DNA of 40,580 bases, from assembly GCA_045591865.1 (NCBI GenBank), contig JAZNTQ010000112.1:1-40580 (forward strand). Direction: 5' to 3'. A program made the translations under genes and the position numbers. The notes under the pieces were generated by a model. That model searched no databases. It worked only from the letters and a program-made list of their open reading frames with translations, and had not been told where the DNA came from. This DNA is from Clostridia bacterium. Its GTDB lineage: Bacteria; Bacillota; Clostridia; UMGS1883. Every line of letters begins with the position of its first letter. Position 1 is the stretch's first letter. Below are positions 1 through 9,150 of the stretch, one piece after another.

Positions 1-11
1 AGAAAAAAGAA

Positions 12-413
12 GTGGCAAACTTAAATTTCAACAAAAGTATTTTAGGCGGCAGACTTACCGCCGATGTAGAACTCAAGACAACTACAAGCGGCGTTTCCGT
101 GTGTTCGTTCACGGTAGCCGTAACGCGCAAAGCAAACCGCGAAGAAACGGACTTCATCAACTGTGTAGCGTGGAGAAACACAGCGGAATTTATTACAAAG
201 TATTTCGGCAAAGGCTCTTCAATTTGTGTAACGGGAGCAATTCAGACGAGAAGCTGGACGGACAACAACGGCAACAAGAGATTTGCAACGGAGCTTGTAG
301 TTGATGAAGCATATTTCGTTGACAGCAAATCCGATAACAACACGCCGACAGCCGAAGCGGGCGTACCGCAGTTTGAAGAGCTTTCAAACGATGATGATAA
401 CTTACCGTTTTGA
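12..413 (+). CDS. ssb: single-stranded DNA-binding protein
   Basis: SSB OB-fold motifs (NKSILGGRLTADVELK, DFINCVAWR, GAIQTRSWTD) and acidic C-terminal DDDNLPF tail. Confidence 0.95.
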   Translation: MANLNFNKSILGGRLTADVELKTTTSGVSVCSFTVAVTRKANREETDFINCVAWRNTAEFITKYFGKGSSICVTGAIQTRSWTDNNGNKRFATELVVDEAYFVDSKSDNNTPTAEAGVPQFEELSNDDDNLPF

Positions 414-427
414 AAGGAGATCAGAAA

Positions 428-874
428 ATGAAAATTAAACTTGATGATGGGGCGATTATGCCCACAAGAGCACACCCGACAGATGCGGGGCTTGACCTCT
501 ACGCGAGAAAAGCGCAGATTGTGCCCGCAAAAGAAAGCGCGGTGTTTGACACGGGCGTTCACATTGAATTGCCAGCGATTTACTTGAACACGGGGCTTTT
601 TCCCGAAGTATTCAAAACGGTTGGATTTCTCAAGAGCAAAAGCGGCTTGAACGTAAAGCACGGCATAACAAGCGAAGGTGTTATTGATGTTGGCTATACA
701 GGAAGTATAAAAGTAAAGCTCTACAACAATAGCGGCTATGATTACAAGGTGAATGCGGGCGATAAAATCAGCCAGCTTGTTATCTTGCCTATCATAACGC
801 CAGGGCTTGAACTGGTTGATAGTTTGGAAGATACCGAGAGAGGTAACGGCGGCTTCGGGAGCACGGGACGGTGA
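428..874 (+). CDS. dut: trimeric dUTPase
   Basis: AGLDL, KSGL, GVIDVGYTG, ISQL and RGNGGFGSTG motifs; ATG 428 follows RBS AAAGGAG. Confidence 0.95.
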   Translation: MKIKLDDGAIMPTRAHPTDAGLDLYARKAQIVPAKESAVFDTGVHIELPAIYLNTGLFPEVFKTVGFLKSKSGLNVKHGITSEGVIDVGYTGSIKVKLYNNSGYDYKVNAGDKISQLVILPIITPGLELVDSLEDTERGNGGFGSTGR

Positions 875-879
875 TATAA

Positions 880-1260
880 GTGGCTGAAAAGCGCAAGCGG
901 AAGATTAACAGTAAGCGAAAAGGAGCGGGATTTGAAAGAACACTCGCAAGGAAGCTCCGAGAGTTTGGTTACGATGAAGCTCGCAGAACAGCTCAATATT
1001 GCGGAAACACGGGCGATGCTTCCGATGTAGTGGGATTACCTTATTTGCATATTGAAGCAAAGGCTCAAGAGAAAATGTACCTTTACGATTGGATGGCACA
1101 AGCGAAAAGGGATGCAAAAGCTGGCGGCGAAGGTAGATTACCCGCAGTTTTTCACAAGAAGAATTATTGCAACATCCTTGTAACTATGGAGCTTGAAGAC
1201 TTTATGAAAATTTATACGGAATTTGAAGCTGGAAAGGAGCTTGAAAATGGATTTGAATAG
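880..1260 (+). CDS. Holliday junction resolvase-like PD-(D/E)XK nuclease (Hjc type)
   Basis: SKRKGAGFER N-terminus, SDVVG...HIEAK catalytic motif. Confidence 0.75.
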   Translation: MAEKRKRKINSKRKGAGFERTLARKLREFGYDEARRTAQYCGNTGDASDVVGLPYLHIEAKAQEKMYLYDWMAQAKRDAKAGGEGRLPAVFHKKNYCNILVTMELEDFMKIYTEFEAGKELENGFE

Positions 1261-1573
1261 CACAACGAAAGTTGTGAAAGCTTTTCTCGAATTCGTCCCC
1301 GAAACGCGGGGAGATGATTATTTGCTTTGGTTGCGTGTCCTTGAATTTGAAGCGGAGCGACAGGATCGCAACACAACCTTTGCACACTGTGTAACCTTGG
1401 CTGATTTTCTCCAACAGGCAAAGTGCTGTAAATATCCGCACTTTGAAACGGTAAGCAGAACAAGGCGCAAACTTCAAGAAAAATATCCCGAGTTGAGAGC
1501 AACAGCGGAAACGCAAGCGGCAAGGGCTGAACAGGAAGAGATATACAGGGAATATGCGCGAACAGATGTATAA
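1247..1573 (+). CDS. hypothetical phage protein
   Basis: ORF with RBS GAAAGGAG before ATG 1247; overlaps its neighbours. Confidence 0.7.
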   Translation: MDLNSTTKVVKAFLEFVPETRGDDYLLWLRVLEFEAERQDRNTTFAHCVTLADFLQQAKCCKYPHFETVSRTRRKLQEKYPELRATAETQAARAEQEEIYREYARTDV

Positions 1574-1760
1574 CCACGATAAGCTCCGCGCCGCTATTCT
1601 TCGGCAAGCCGTCAAGGATTATAAAGCGGTGATAAGAAAGCGCGATTACTGCAAAATGGCACGGCTTGAACGCTTCTTCCGTGGCGAGTGGGGACAGTTG
1701 CTTTCCTTTAACCACGGGGAAGATATAATTGAGCATTGTAAAAGAATTGTAAACAAATGA
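1566..1760 (+). CDS. hypothetical phage protein
   Basis: coupled to upstream ORF; AILRQAVKDY...LERFFRGEW resembles a small phage protein family. Confidence 0.65.
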   Translation: MYNHDKLRAAILRQAVKDYKAVIRKRDYCKMARLERFFRGEWGQLLSFNHGEDIIEHCKRIVNK

Positions 1761-1769
1761 CAGAATATA

Positions 1770-1798
1770 TTGACAATTCAAAACTATTTTGGTATAAT
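1770..1798 (+). promoter_or_regulatory. consensus sigmaA promoter with extended -10
   Basis: TTGACA (1770-1775), 17 nt spacer, TGnTATAAT (TATAAT 1793-1798). Confidence 0.85.
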
Positions 1799-1804
1799 AT
1801 TCCT

Positions 1805-1910
1805 GTGTGATAACGATGTTGGCGGTATCGTTACACGGTAAACGGAATATTGTTATCACGGGCGTATTGTATGGAAGTGCCGCCAACATTTCCATACGGT
1901 ACGCTTTTTA
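1805..1910 (+). ncRNA. structured leader/small RNA: two hairpins with complementary loops, ending in a terminator-like U tract
   Basis: hairpin 1807-1836 (loop GUUGGCGGU); hairpin 1862-1904 (loop UGCCGCCAACA) followed by UUUUU; 1816-1828 is complementary to 1877-1889. Confidence 0.6.
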
Positions 1911-1926
1911 CCTTAAGGGGGAAACA

Positions 1927-2583
1927 ATGAAAATTAGACATCCAGCGAAGTATACAGATAGTTTTATATCGGTTTTTGCTGATCTTTTGAGAAACAGAGA
2001 AAAGGTACTCGACCCTTTTGCGGGAACAGGAAAAATCGGTCTTGTAAAGGAATACGGCTTTTCGGGAGAAATTTATGCAAATGAGATTGAACCCGAATGG
2101 ATAAACGACAATATTTATCGATGCGATTTCATAACAAACGCTGATGCGGAATTTTTGGAATATCCGAGCGGATATTTTGATGCAATTTGCACAAGCCCGA
2201 CATACGGCAACAGGATGGCAGACCACCACGAAGCAAAGGACGGAACAAAGCGAAATACATATACGCATTGTCTCGGCAGAACGCTTGCTGACGGAAACAC
2301 AGGGAAAATGCAATGGGGCTATGAGTACGTGGAAAAACACGAGCGCATTTATTCTCATTTGTCGCATCTCGTTAAAGACGGGGGATTGTTTATACTTAAC
2401 ATCAAAAATCATATTAGACGAGGCAAAGAGATCGATGTGAAAACCTTCCACGAAAACGCTATTGTAAAAAATGGCTTTGTCAAAATAGATGAATTGTTTA
2501 TTGAAACAAGCGGAAACGGATTTGGCGCAAACGCAGACAAGAGAACGAGCGGCGAATTTATTATGGTTTTTGAAAAGGTGTGA
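1927..2583 (+). CDS. amino (N4-C/N6-A) DNA methyltransferase, motif I before motif IV
   Basis: HPAKY, VLDPFAGTG (motif I), ICTSPTY (motif IV-like); RBS AAGGGGG before ATG 1927. Confidence 0.8.
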   Translation: MKIRHPAKYTDSFISVFADLLRNREKVLDPFAGTGKIGLVKEYGFSGEIYANEIEPEWINDNIYRCDFITNADAEFLEYPSGYFDAICTSPTYGNRMADHHEAKDGTKRNTYTHCLGRTLADGNTGKMQWGYEYVEKHERIYSHLSHLVKDGGLFILNIKNHIRRGKEIDVKTFHENAIVKNGFVKIDELFIETSGNGFGANADKRTSGEFIMVFEKV

Positions 2584-2588
2584 AGACG

Positions 2589-3407
2589 ATGGAAGATAAG
2601 AAATCATACTATGCAATAATTCCAGCCAATGTACGCTATGACAAAAGTTTACCGCCGAACGCAAAATTACTTTACGGCGAAATAACCGCTCTGTGCAACG
2701 AAAGGGGCTATTGTTGGGCTGAAAACAGATACTTTGCTGAATTATACGGAGTTTCTAAAACAAGCATATCAAAATGGATTAGTGCGTTGTCGGAACGCGG
2801 CTATATAAAAATCGAGTTGTCATATAAAGAGGGTAGCAAAGAAATTGACAAGAGGTATATAACAATAGTTAATAACCCTATTGAAGAAAAGTTAAATACC
2901 CGTCAAACAAAAGTTGATAGCCCTATTGAAGAAAAGTTAAAAGATAATAATACAAGTAAGAATAATACAAGTAATATTACATTTAATATTGCTGGTGAAG
3001 AGCCAAAACGCAAGCGTTTTGTTCCGCCCTCTCTCGAAGAAGTAAAAGCATATTGCGTTGAAAGAAAAAACAACGTAGATGCTCAAAGGTTTATTGATTA
3101 TTATAAGTCAAATGGCTGGTGCGTTGGTAAAAACAAAATGAAAGATTGGAAAGCCGCCGTGAGAAATTGGGAGCGAAACGGATATAGTGCCAACAAACCG
3201 AAAAGCGAAAACGGCTCTTTTGATGCTGATGATTTCATAAGTGCGGCTGTTGCTAAAGGGACAAAGGCGGTAAAACCGCGGGCGGCACTTGAAAGAGATG
3301 TTATCAGCCGATGGGAAAGCGAGACGAAAAAGCCGACAAAAACGGCGGCAGACGATGAAGATATAAGAGAGAGAATGGAACGGCTCAAGAAATCACTCGG
3401 CGGTTAA
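2589..3407 (+). CDS. phage replication initiator (N-terminal winged HTH)
   Basis: YYAIIPANVRYD...AKLLYGEITAL, C-terminal PPSLEEVKAYC...GW.VG...KDWKAAVRNWE; internal iterons. Confidence 0.85.
   Translation: MEDKKSYYAIIPANVRYDKSLPPNAKLLYGEITALCNERGYCWAENRYFAELYGVSKTSISKWISALSERGYIKIELSYKEGSKEIDKRYITIVNNPIEEKLNTRQTKVDSPIEEKLKDNNTSKNNTSNITFNIAGEEPKRKRFVPPSLEEVKAYCVERKNNVDAQRFIDYYKSNGWCVGKNKMKDWKAAVRNWERNGYSANKPKSENGSFDADDFISAAVAKGTKAVKPRAALERDVISRWESETKKPTKTAADDEDIRERMERLKKSLGG
2876..2974 (+). repeat. putative replication origin iterons inside the initiator gene
   Basis: CCCTATTGAAGAAAAGTTAAA at 2876 and 2921 with a degenerate copy at 2899; AATAATACAAGTAA at 2946 and 2961. Confidence 0.7.
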
Positions 3408-3425
3408 TGTGTCGTTTTGTTAGCA
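3408..3425 (+). promoter_or_regulatory. oriented 18-bp motif (putative repressor-binding site)
   Basis: TGTGTCGTTTTGTTAGCA; related copies at 36099, 39090 and 39751. Confidence 0.55.
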
Positions 3426-3436
3426 AGAAAGGAAAA

Positions 3437-3628
3437 ATGATTATGAAACAAATTGAAAATGATTGCGTAGGTTGCGAACACTGTGTTTATTGCGGGCGCA
3501 AAGAGGTTGAGCACTTCTATTGCGATGAGTGCGGCGAGGAAGGAACGCTATACGAATACGAGGGTAACGAGCTTTGTGCGGACTGCTTGCTTGAAGCCGT
3601 CCCGAAGGTAGAAGGGAGCGAGGAATGA
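3437..3628 (+). CDS. small Cys-rich, putative Zn-binding protein
   Basis: several CxxC pairs; RBS GAAAGGA. Confidence 0.65.
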   Translation: MIMKQIENDCVGCEHCVYCGRKEVEHFYCDECGEEGTLYEYEGNELCADCLLEAVPKVEGSEE

Positions 3629-4047
3629 AAATAGGAAATAAAGTGCATTGCACAGCTTATGCGGAAAGAATAAAAGGCGGTATAAGCGTTATGGATTGTG
3701 CGCCTTTTTTCGATCAGTTTCACGGTCTTGATGACGATATTCCTTGCAAAGAGATTGTATATTTTGACACGGAAAAGAATGAAATAAATTCAATACCTTG
3801 GAGCGAATTTACCGATGTAACAGTAGATAAATTCAAGGTCATTAAAAAGGAATTTGACGGTGTATATGTCGGCACAACGTACCTTACAACAAGACTTTCG
3901 GCAACATACAATGAAGACGAATACGGAAATGATTGCATACGATTTGCGGGTGAATGTGTAAAGCCTTTTGCCGTTGTATATTATGCAAACAACAGAAAAA
4001 GATTTGTGCCTATTGACTGTGTGAAAGGCGGTGAAGCAGATGCGTGA
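3625..4047 (+). CDS. hypothetical protein
   Basis: ATGA overlap with the upstream ORF. Confidence 0.6.
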   Translation: MKIGNKVHCTAYAERIKGGISVMDCAPFFDQFHGLDDDIPCKEIVYFDTEKNEINSIPWSEFTDVTVDKFKVIKKEFDGVYVGTTYLTTRLSATYNEDEYGNDCIRFAGECVKPFAVVYYANNRKRFVPIDCVKGGEADA

Positions 4048-4351
4048 TAGGTTGATAGAGTTGATAGACGAAGCTATAAATGGTGAAGAAACAAGCACAG
4101 CAAATATAGCTCATTATCTTCGTGAACACGGTGTAATCGTACCGCCTTGTAAGGTGGGTGATACGGTGTATTATATATCCTTCACAAAAATATTCAAAGG
4201 CGAATGCCACGCAATTACTATTCATTCAAATAGCGTACAAGTGCATTTGTACGATTATGACGGAGATAACGCTTCTTATAGCGCAAAAGATATATTCCTC
4301 ACAAAAGAGGAAGCAGAAAAGGCTTTGAAAGAGAGGGAAATTGATGTTTGA
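4040..4351 (+). CDS. hypothetical phage protein
   Basis: PPCKVGDTVY...FLTKEEAEKAL, a common phage motif. Confidence 0.7.
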   Translation: MRDRLIELIDEAINGEETSTANIAHYLREHGVIVPPCKVGDTVYYISFTKIFKGECHAITIHSNSVQVHLYDYDGDNASYSAKDIFLTKEEAEKALKEREIDV

Positions 4352-4481
4352 TTATAAACCTTATTACTCGCTCAAAGACATAATGCAAACGGAAAAGCAA
4401 GAACGCAAGACGGGAAGCGCAAAGTATCAGCCGAAGCGTTCGCAAGTGATAAAGCGAAAGCGACTTAACAAAAAACATTGA
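4344..4481 (+). CDS. 45-aa basic peptide (absent from ORF track)
   Basis: MFDYKPYYSLKDIMQ...KRKRLNKKH; RBS GAGAGGG; fills the gap between ORFs. Confidence 0.45.
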   Translation: MFDYKPYYSLKDIMQTEKQERKTGSAKYQPKRSQVIKRKRLNKKH

Positions 4482-4499
4482 AAGAGAGGGGCGCAAAAA

Positions 4500-4703
4500 A
4501 TGGCAAACAGGAAAATGACAAACTATGAAGCAATTAAGGAAATGAGCGTTGAGGAAGTGGCGGCACTGCTTTATATATTCATAAAGCCGTTTATGGACAC
4601 TTTCGATATGACCGAGGAACAAAAGAAGAAAGCGCGTGAATCAATTCGGGAATTTCTGAATACCGAAACAACCCAGAGGGGCGGCGAGAATGAACGAAGC
4701 TGA
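4500..4703 (+). CDS. hypothetical phage protein
   Basis: MTNYEAIKEMSVEEVAALL motif; RBS GAGGGG. Confidence 0.65.
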   Translation: MANRKMTNYEAIKEMSVEEVAALLYIFIKPFMDTFDMTEEQKKKARESIREFLNTETTQRGGENERS

Positions 4704-4887
4704 AAAGAACGTAATATTAGCGTTTGCCGATAACAATATGGACTTTTCAAAAACCGCTCGTGCGGCTCACTATCATCGAAACACTATTTATTATCACTTA
4801 AAACGTATTAAGAAAAAGTATAAACTTGATGCTCGAAAATTTTATGACTTGGTTGAACTCGTCAAAATGGCAAAATTGGACGGATGA
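4690..4887 (+). CDS. stand-alone PucR/CdaR-type C-terminal HTH protein
   Basis: NNMDFSKTARAAHYHRNTIYYHLKRIKK matches the PucR C-terminal HTH pattern. Confidence 0.7.
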   Translation: MNEAEKNVILAFADNNMDFSKTARAAHYHRNTIYYHLKRIKKKYKLDARKFYDLVELVKMAKLDG

Positions 4888-4909
4888 AATAAGGTGAGAG
4901 GGGGAGAAA

Positions 4910-5104
4910 ATGAAGATTGAGGAAGTAAAAAGGAATCTCAATAAAATAGTGAGCTATAAGGATAACGCGGAGATATACAGGCTTACGGCTTGCATTCTCC
5001 GCAAGAATGAAAATGGCTTCTTCTATCAAGCCGAATTGCTGGACACAAGGCACGGAAGATCGCTTGTAATATGCAAGCTGGATGAAGTGGAGGTAGTGGA
5101 ATGA
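4910..5104 (+). CDS. hypothetical phage protein
   Basis: ORF with RBS GAGGGGG. Confidence 0.6.
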   Translation: MKIEEVKRNLNKIVSYKDNAEIYRLTACILRKNENGFFYQAELLDTRHGRSLVICKLDEVEVVE

Positions 5105-5421
5105 CGGCGAAAGACTATTTGAAGCAGATAAAAAAGATTGATACTCAACTCAAAAACAAGGCTTTTGAGAAAAAGCAAATGGAAGAGTTGGGATTGTCGG
5201 CAGATGATATTATTGCAGAGGTCGAAGCCTTGAAGGGCAAGAGGGCGGAAATTATTCGCACGATAGAACGATTGCCCGAAGCAAAATATGATGTGCTTCA
5301 CAGGGTATATGTACAGGGACAGACACTTTATGATGTGGCGGCAGAGAGGGGAATGTGTTACAGCAACGCTACGACCATTCACGGAAACGCTTTGAGCGAT
5401 CTTGACGGCATCATAAATTGA
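5101..5421 (+). CDS. ArpU/RinA-like late transcriptional activator
   Basis: MTAKDYLKQI N-terminus, sigma4-like C-terminal HTH; last early gene before the late region. Confidence 0.7.
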   Translation: MTAKDYLKQIKKIDTQLKNKAFEKKQMEELGLSADDIIAEVEALKGKRAEIIRTIERLPEAKYDVLHRVYVQGQTLYDVAAERGMCYSNATTIHGNALSDLDGIIN

Positions 5422-5532
5422 TACAAATTGTATACGATTGTATATGATTGTATATGTTTATAAATCAAAACTATATAAGACAGCGGTATAATTACGATAG
5501 AAAGGTCTATTGTAATATGCCGCCGTTTTTTT
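5417..5532 (+). promoter_or_regulatory. late promoter region: 10-bp direct repeats, -10 box and overlapping terminator hairpin
   Basis: ATTGTATA(C/T)G x3 plus one degenerate copy at 5417-5456; TATAAT 5487-5492 with no good -35; hairpin ~5479-5526 followed by a T tract. Confidence 0.6.
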
Positions 5533-5551
5533 ATCAAGGGAGAGAAACGGA

Positions 5552-5845
5552 ATGGCAAAATACAACACATTTGCTTTGATCGATACCAAAACAAAAAAGG
5601 TGCTGATGATAACATCGAGCGCGAGAAAAAGCAAAAGGGCGTTTGTGAAAGGATACCGAATTGAGGTATGGAGTGCGAACGCTCTTTCCGAAGTTATTTA
5701 TAACAAAAATCTTGCGGACATAGATAAATATATCAACACCGAAAAAGAGTATATCGCAAGGAAACAGAAAAAAGCGGAAGAGATAAACAAACGGCGGAAA
5801 AAGAGATTGAGAGCGGACATTGAAATATACCAAAGAAAGAGTTGA
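5552..5845 (+). CDS. hypothetical basic protein
   Basis: RBS AAGGGGAG; 97-aa ORF. Confidence 0.6.
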   Translation: MAKYNTFALIDTKTKKVLMITSSARKSKRAFVKGYRIEVWSANALSEVIYNKNLADIDKYINTEKEYIARKQKKAEEINKRRKKRLRADIEIYQRKS

Positions 5846-5851
5846 TGTTGC

Positions 5852-6574
5852 TTGAAGTTATTTAACGGTGATTGTTTAGAGGTTATGAAAGAGATTCCCA
5901 CAAAAAGCGTTGATATGGTGCTGTGCGATTTGCCATACGGCACAACGGATTGTCGATGGGATAGCATTATTCCTTTTGAGCCGTTGTGGGCGCATTATGA
6001 CAGGGTGACCAAAGAAAATGGTGCGATAGTGTTGTTTTCGGCGCAACCGTTTACAACGAAACTTATACATAGCAACCTTAAACAATTTAGATATTGTTGG
6101 TATTGGAAGAAAGCTAATGTAACGGGCTTTTCTTATGCAAGGTATCAGCCAATGCGGTGTATAGAGGATATATGCGTATTCTACAAGAAAACACCAAAGT
6201 ACAAGCCACAGGGATTGAAGAAACTTGAAAAACCGATAAAGCGCAACAAGAAAGCAAAAGATAGTGAGTTATATCGCAAAGGCTTGGCGGGGGCGAGTGA
6301 ACAAAAATACACGAACTATCCGAAACACCTTCTTGAATATAGCAAGGATGCAGAGAACATACACCCAACACAAAAGCCTGTTGCTCTGCTTGAATATCTG
6401 ATAAAGACATATACTGACGAGCGCGACACGGTGCTTGATAACTGTATGGGTAGTGGCTCGACAGGAGTTGCGAGTGTGAATACGAACAGGCGATTCGTCG
6501 GGATAGAGAAAGACAAGACATACTATCGGTTGGCTAAAGATAGAATAGAGCGCGCGGGAATGAATATAGCGTAA
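5852..6574 (+). CDS. beta-class N6-A/N4-C DNA methyltransferase
   Basis: DLPYG (motif IV), HPTQKPVALLEYLI, VLDNCMGSGSTG (motif I). Confidence 0.9.
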   Translation: MKLFNGDCLEVMKEIPTKSVDMVLCDLPYGTTDCRWDSIIPFEPLWAHYDRVTKENGAIVLFSAQPFTTKLIHSNLKQFRYCWYWKKANVTGFSYARYQPMRCIEDICVFYKKTPKYKPQGLKKLEKPIKRNKKAKDSELYRKGLAGASEQKYTNYPKHLLEYSKDAENIHPTQKPVALLEYLIKTYTDERDTVLDNCMGSGSTGVASVNTNRRFVGIEKDKTYYRLAKDRIERAGMNIA

Positions 6575-6936
6575 TGAGAATACCAAGAGATATTCCGCTT
6601 GCTGTATATATAAAGAGATTGATAGCGGCGGACAAGATAGAGCAATTCTATTTCACAGAGGATTGGAAAGAGCTACGGCTTGAAGTATTAGAAGAGCTAC
6701 ACAACGAATGCCAAGAGTGTTTGAAGAATGGAAACTATACCGAAGCCGTTTGCGTACATCACGTGAACGAAGTAAGACAACAGCCAGCTCTTGCATTAAG
6801 TAAGTATTATATTGATAGCAAGGGGAACAAACAGCGCAATCTTGTGCCACTTTGTAACCAATGCCACAATAATGTACACGATAAATTAGGAGAATGGCAA
6901 AGGAAAGACAAGTTTACCAACGAAGAACGCTGGTAA
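6574..6936 (+). CDS. HNH endonuclease (terminase-associated)
   Basis: CQEC...VHHV...NLVPLCNQCHNNVH; directly upstream of cos/terS. Confidence 0.85.
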   Translation: MRIPRDIPLAVYIKRLIAADKIEQFYFTEDWKELRLEVLEELHNECQECLKNGNYTEAVCVHHVNEVRQQPALALSKYYIDSKGNKQRNLVPLCNQCHNNVHDKLGEWQRKDKFTNEERW

Positions 6937-7020
6937 ACTCCCCCCGCGGGGGTATAACCCCTTTTTGAAAAGGGGAACGAAAAACGGGAGGGGAAAAAGA
7001 CAAGATAAAAAATTCTCCCC
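6937..7020. other. probable cos packaging region
   Basis: HNH-terS intergenic with G/C runs; palindromes CCCCCGCGGGGG (6941-6952) and CCCCTTTT-TG-AAAAGGGG (6958-6975). Confidence 0.55.
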
Positions 7021-7048
7021 AAATAAACTTTAGAAAGGCGGTGAGCAA

Positions 7049-7501
7049 ATGGCGGGCAGACCGAGAGAGCCTGTTGATCTGATAAAGGCAAAAGGGAAAA
7101 AGCATCTATCACAAAAAGAGTATGACGAACGCAAAGAAAGCGAATTGCAAGTGCCGTTTGTTGATGTAGAGCCGCCCGATTATCTGACGGCAAAGCAAAA
7201 AGAAAAATTTTACGAAATATCCGCGTTGCTTGTACCGCTCGGGATATTCACCGAACTCGATGTTGATGCGCTCGGGCGATATGTTATATCAAGGGATTTG
7301 TATTTGGAATTTACAAAGCAATTAAAAAAGAAGTTGCAAGACAAAGAAGCGGATATGCGCGAGATAACCGCGACACAGGCGGCGCAAGATAAAGCATTCC
7401 GTCAGTGCGTAACAAGTGCAAATGAATTGTGCTTGAATGTAACATCGCGGGCAAAGCTCGTAATACCACAGCCGACAGACGGTGAGGATGATGAGTTGTA
7501 A
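7049..7501 (+). CDS. terS: terminase small subunit (P27 family)
   Basis: GRPREP, PPDYL, D..ALGRY, ELCLNVTSRAKL. Confidence 0.85.
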   Translation: MAGRPREPVDLIKAKGKKHLSQKEYDERKESELQVPFVDVEPPDYLTAKQKEKFYEISALLVPLGIFTELDVDALGRYVISRDLYLEFTKQLKKKLQDKEADMREITATQAAQDKAFRQCVTSANELCLNVTSRAKLVIPQPTDGEDDEL

Positions 7502-9137
7502 AACACCAATCCCCGCACGAGTGCAAGAGTATATTGACATAATCGAAAGCGGCAAAATCAATTCTTGCAAATGGCAAAAGCTTTTAATTCAACACGTAAA
7601 AAAATGCTTTGAGACAGAGGATTTACGCTATAACGAAATCCAAATCGAAAAGTATTTATCATATCAAAAATATTTTCCTTTCAATTTGTTCCCGTGGGAA
7701 GTATTTTGTTTTATTCTACATAACTGCGTTTTCAAGCCAAACGGCTCGCCGCGATGGGACGAACTGTTCGGGCTTATGGGGCGCGGCGGCGGGAAAAATG
7801 GTTATCTCTCGTTTGAGGATTTTTGTCTGCTCACTGAAACTAACGGTGTTGCCTATTATGATATTGATATTTGTGCGAACAGTGAAGATCAGGCAAAAAC
7901 CTCATTCGATGAGATATACAACATTCTTGAAAATCCTAAACATATAAAGCTATTCAAGAAGCATTTCCGTTGGAATAAAACCGAAATACAGAATATAAAA
8001 ACGCGTTCCAAAATCAAGTATAGGACGAACAACGCAAAAGGCAAAGACAGCTTGCGAAGCGGAAAAGTAGACTTTGACGAGATACACGCTTATGAAGATT
8101 GGGAGAATATCAAAGTATTTACAACGGGATTAGGAAAAAAACCGCACCCGCGCCGTACTTACATATCGACCAACGGAGACGTACGCGAAGGACCTCTCGA
8201 CCAGCTTATAAATAAAAGCGAAATGATACTGACGGGGGAAATCCCCGACAACGGATTTTTGCCGTTTATCTGTAAGCTCGACAGCGAAGACGAAGTGCAT
8301 AACCCCGAAATGTGGGAAAAGGCAAACCCGTCTTTGCCGTACTTGCCGAACTTGCGTGAGGAAATGGAAAAGGAGTATGCCGATTATATGCTCGATCCCG
8401 TTATCAATAACGCATTTATGACAAAGCGAATGAACATACCGCAAGGTAACAAAGATGCAGAGGTTACGAGCTGGGAAAACATCTTGAAAACAAACGGAGC
8501 TATCCCCGACTTAAAGGGGCGGTCTTGCGTATGCGGCATTGACTTTTCCAAAACAACCGACTTTGTATCGGCGTTTTTGCTGTTCAAGGATAAAGAGCAA
8601 TATTACGGGATTCATCATAGCTGGTTTTGCACAGCTTCAAACGATAAGCACCGAATAAAATACCCGTTGCACGAAGCAGTTGAAAAAGGCTATTTGACGA
8701 TTATTGACGATGTGGAGATAAACCCGAAAGTTATAGCGGATTGGATAAAGGCACAACAGAGCAATTACTTCATTGAAAAAGTTGGTATTGATAGTTATAG
8801 ATACACGGTATTGTCAAGAGCCTTGCGCGATGCTGGTTACGATGCGAACGAAAAGGAAGTTAAACTTGTGCGCCCGTCCGACGTTATGCAAGTAGTGCAA
8901 AAAATAAGCTCTATGTTTATCGGTAATAAAATCGTTTGGGGCGATGATTCTTTAATGCGCTGGTTTACGCGCAATACGAAGTTAGAGCCAGCACCGAATA
9001 ACAATTTCAAGTACGGCAAGATTGAGCCGAAGAGCCGAAAAACAGACGGATTTATGGCTTTTGTAAATGCCGTGATATTGGAAGATGAATTGCCCGAAAC
9101 TTTTGATATTCCACCCGTGGAAATAATGCTTTTGTGA
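7482..9137 (+). CDS. terL: terminase large subunit
   Basis: Walker A GRGGGKN, Walker B DFDEIH, WEKANP, GIDFSKTTD nuclease motif, RKTDG. Confidence 0.95.
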   Translation: MRMMSCKTPIPARVQEYIDIIESGKINSCKWQKLLIQHVKKCFETEDLRYNEIQIEKYLSYQKYFPFNLFPWEVFCFILHNCVFKPNGSPRWDELFGLMGRGGGKNGYLSFEDFCLLTETNGVAYYDIDICANSEDQAKTSFDEIYNILENPKHIKLFKKHFRWNKTEIQNIKTRSKIKYRTNNAKGKDSLRSGKVDFDEIHAYEDWENIKVFTTGLGKKPHPRRTYISTNGDVREGPLDQLINKSEMILTGEIPDNGFLPFICKLDSEDEVHNPEMWEKANPSLPYLPNLREEMEKEYADYMLDPVINNAFMTKRMNIPQGNKDAEVTSWENILKTNGAIPDLKGRSCVCGIDFSKTTDFVSAFLLFKDKEQYYGIHHSWFCTASNDKHRIKYPLHEAVEKGYLTIIDDVEINPKVIADWIKAQQSNYFIEKVGIDSYRYTVLSRALRDAGYDANEKEVKLVRPSDVMQVVQKISSMFIGNKIVWGDDSLMRWFTRNTKLEPAPNNNFKYGKIEPKSRKTDGFMAFVNAVILEDELPETFDIPPVEIMLL

Positions 9138-9150
9138 AAGGAGGGAGAGT

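Noticed and set aside
1807-1926. 40-aa N-terminal extension of the methyltransferase in the ORF track
   Set aside because: It overlaps the structured leader right at the predicted TSS with no RBS; ATG 1927 has a good RBS
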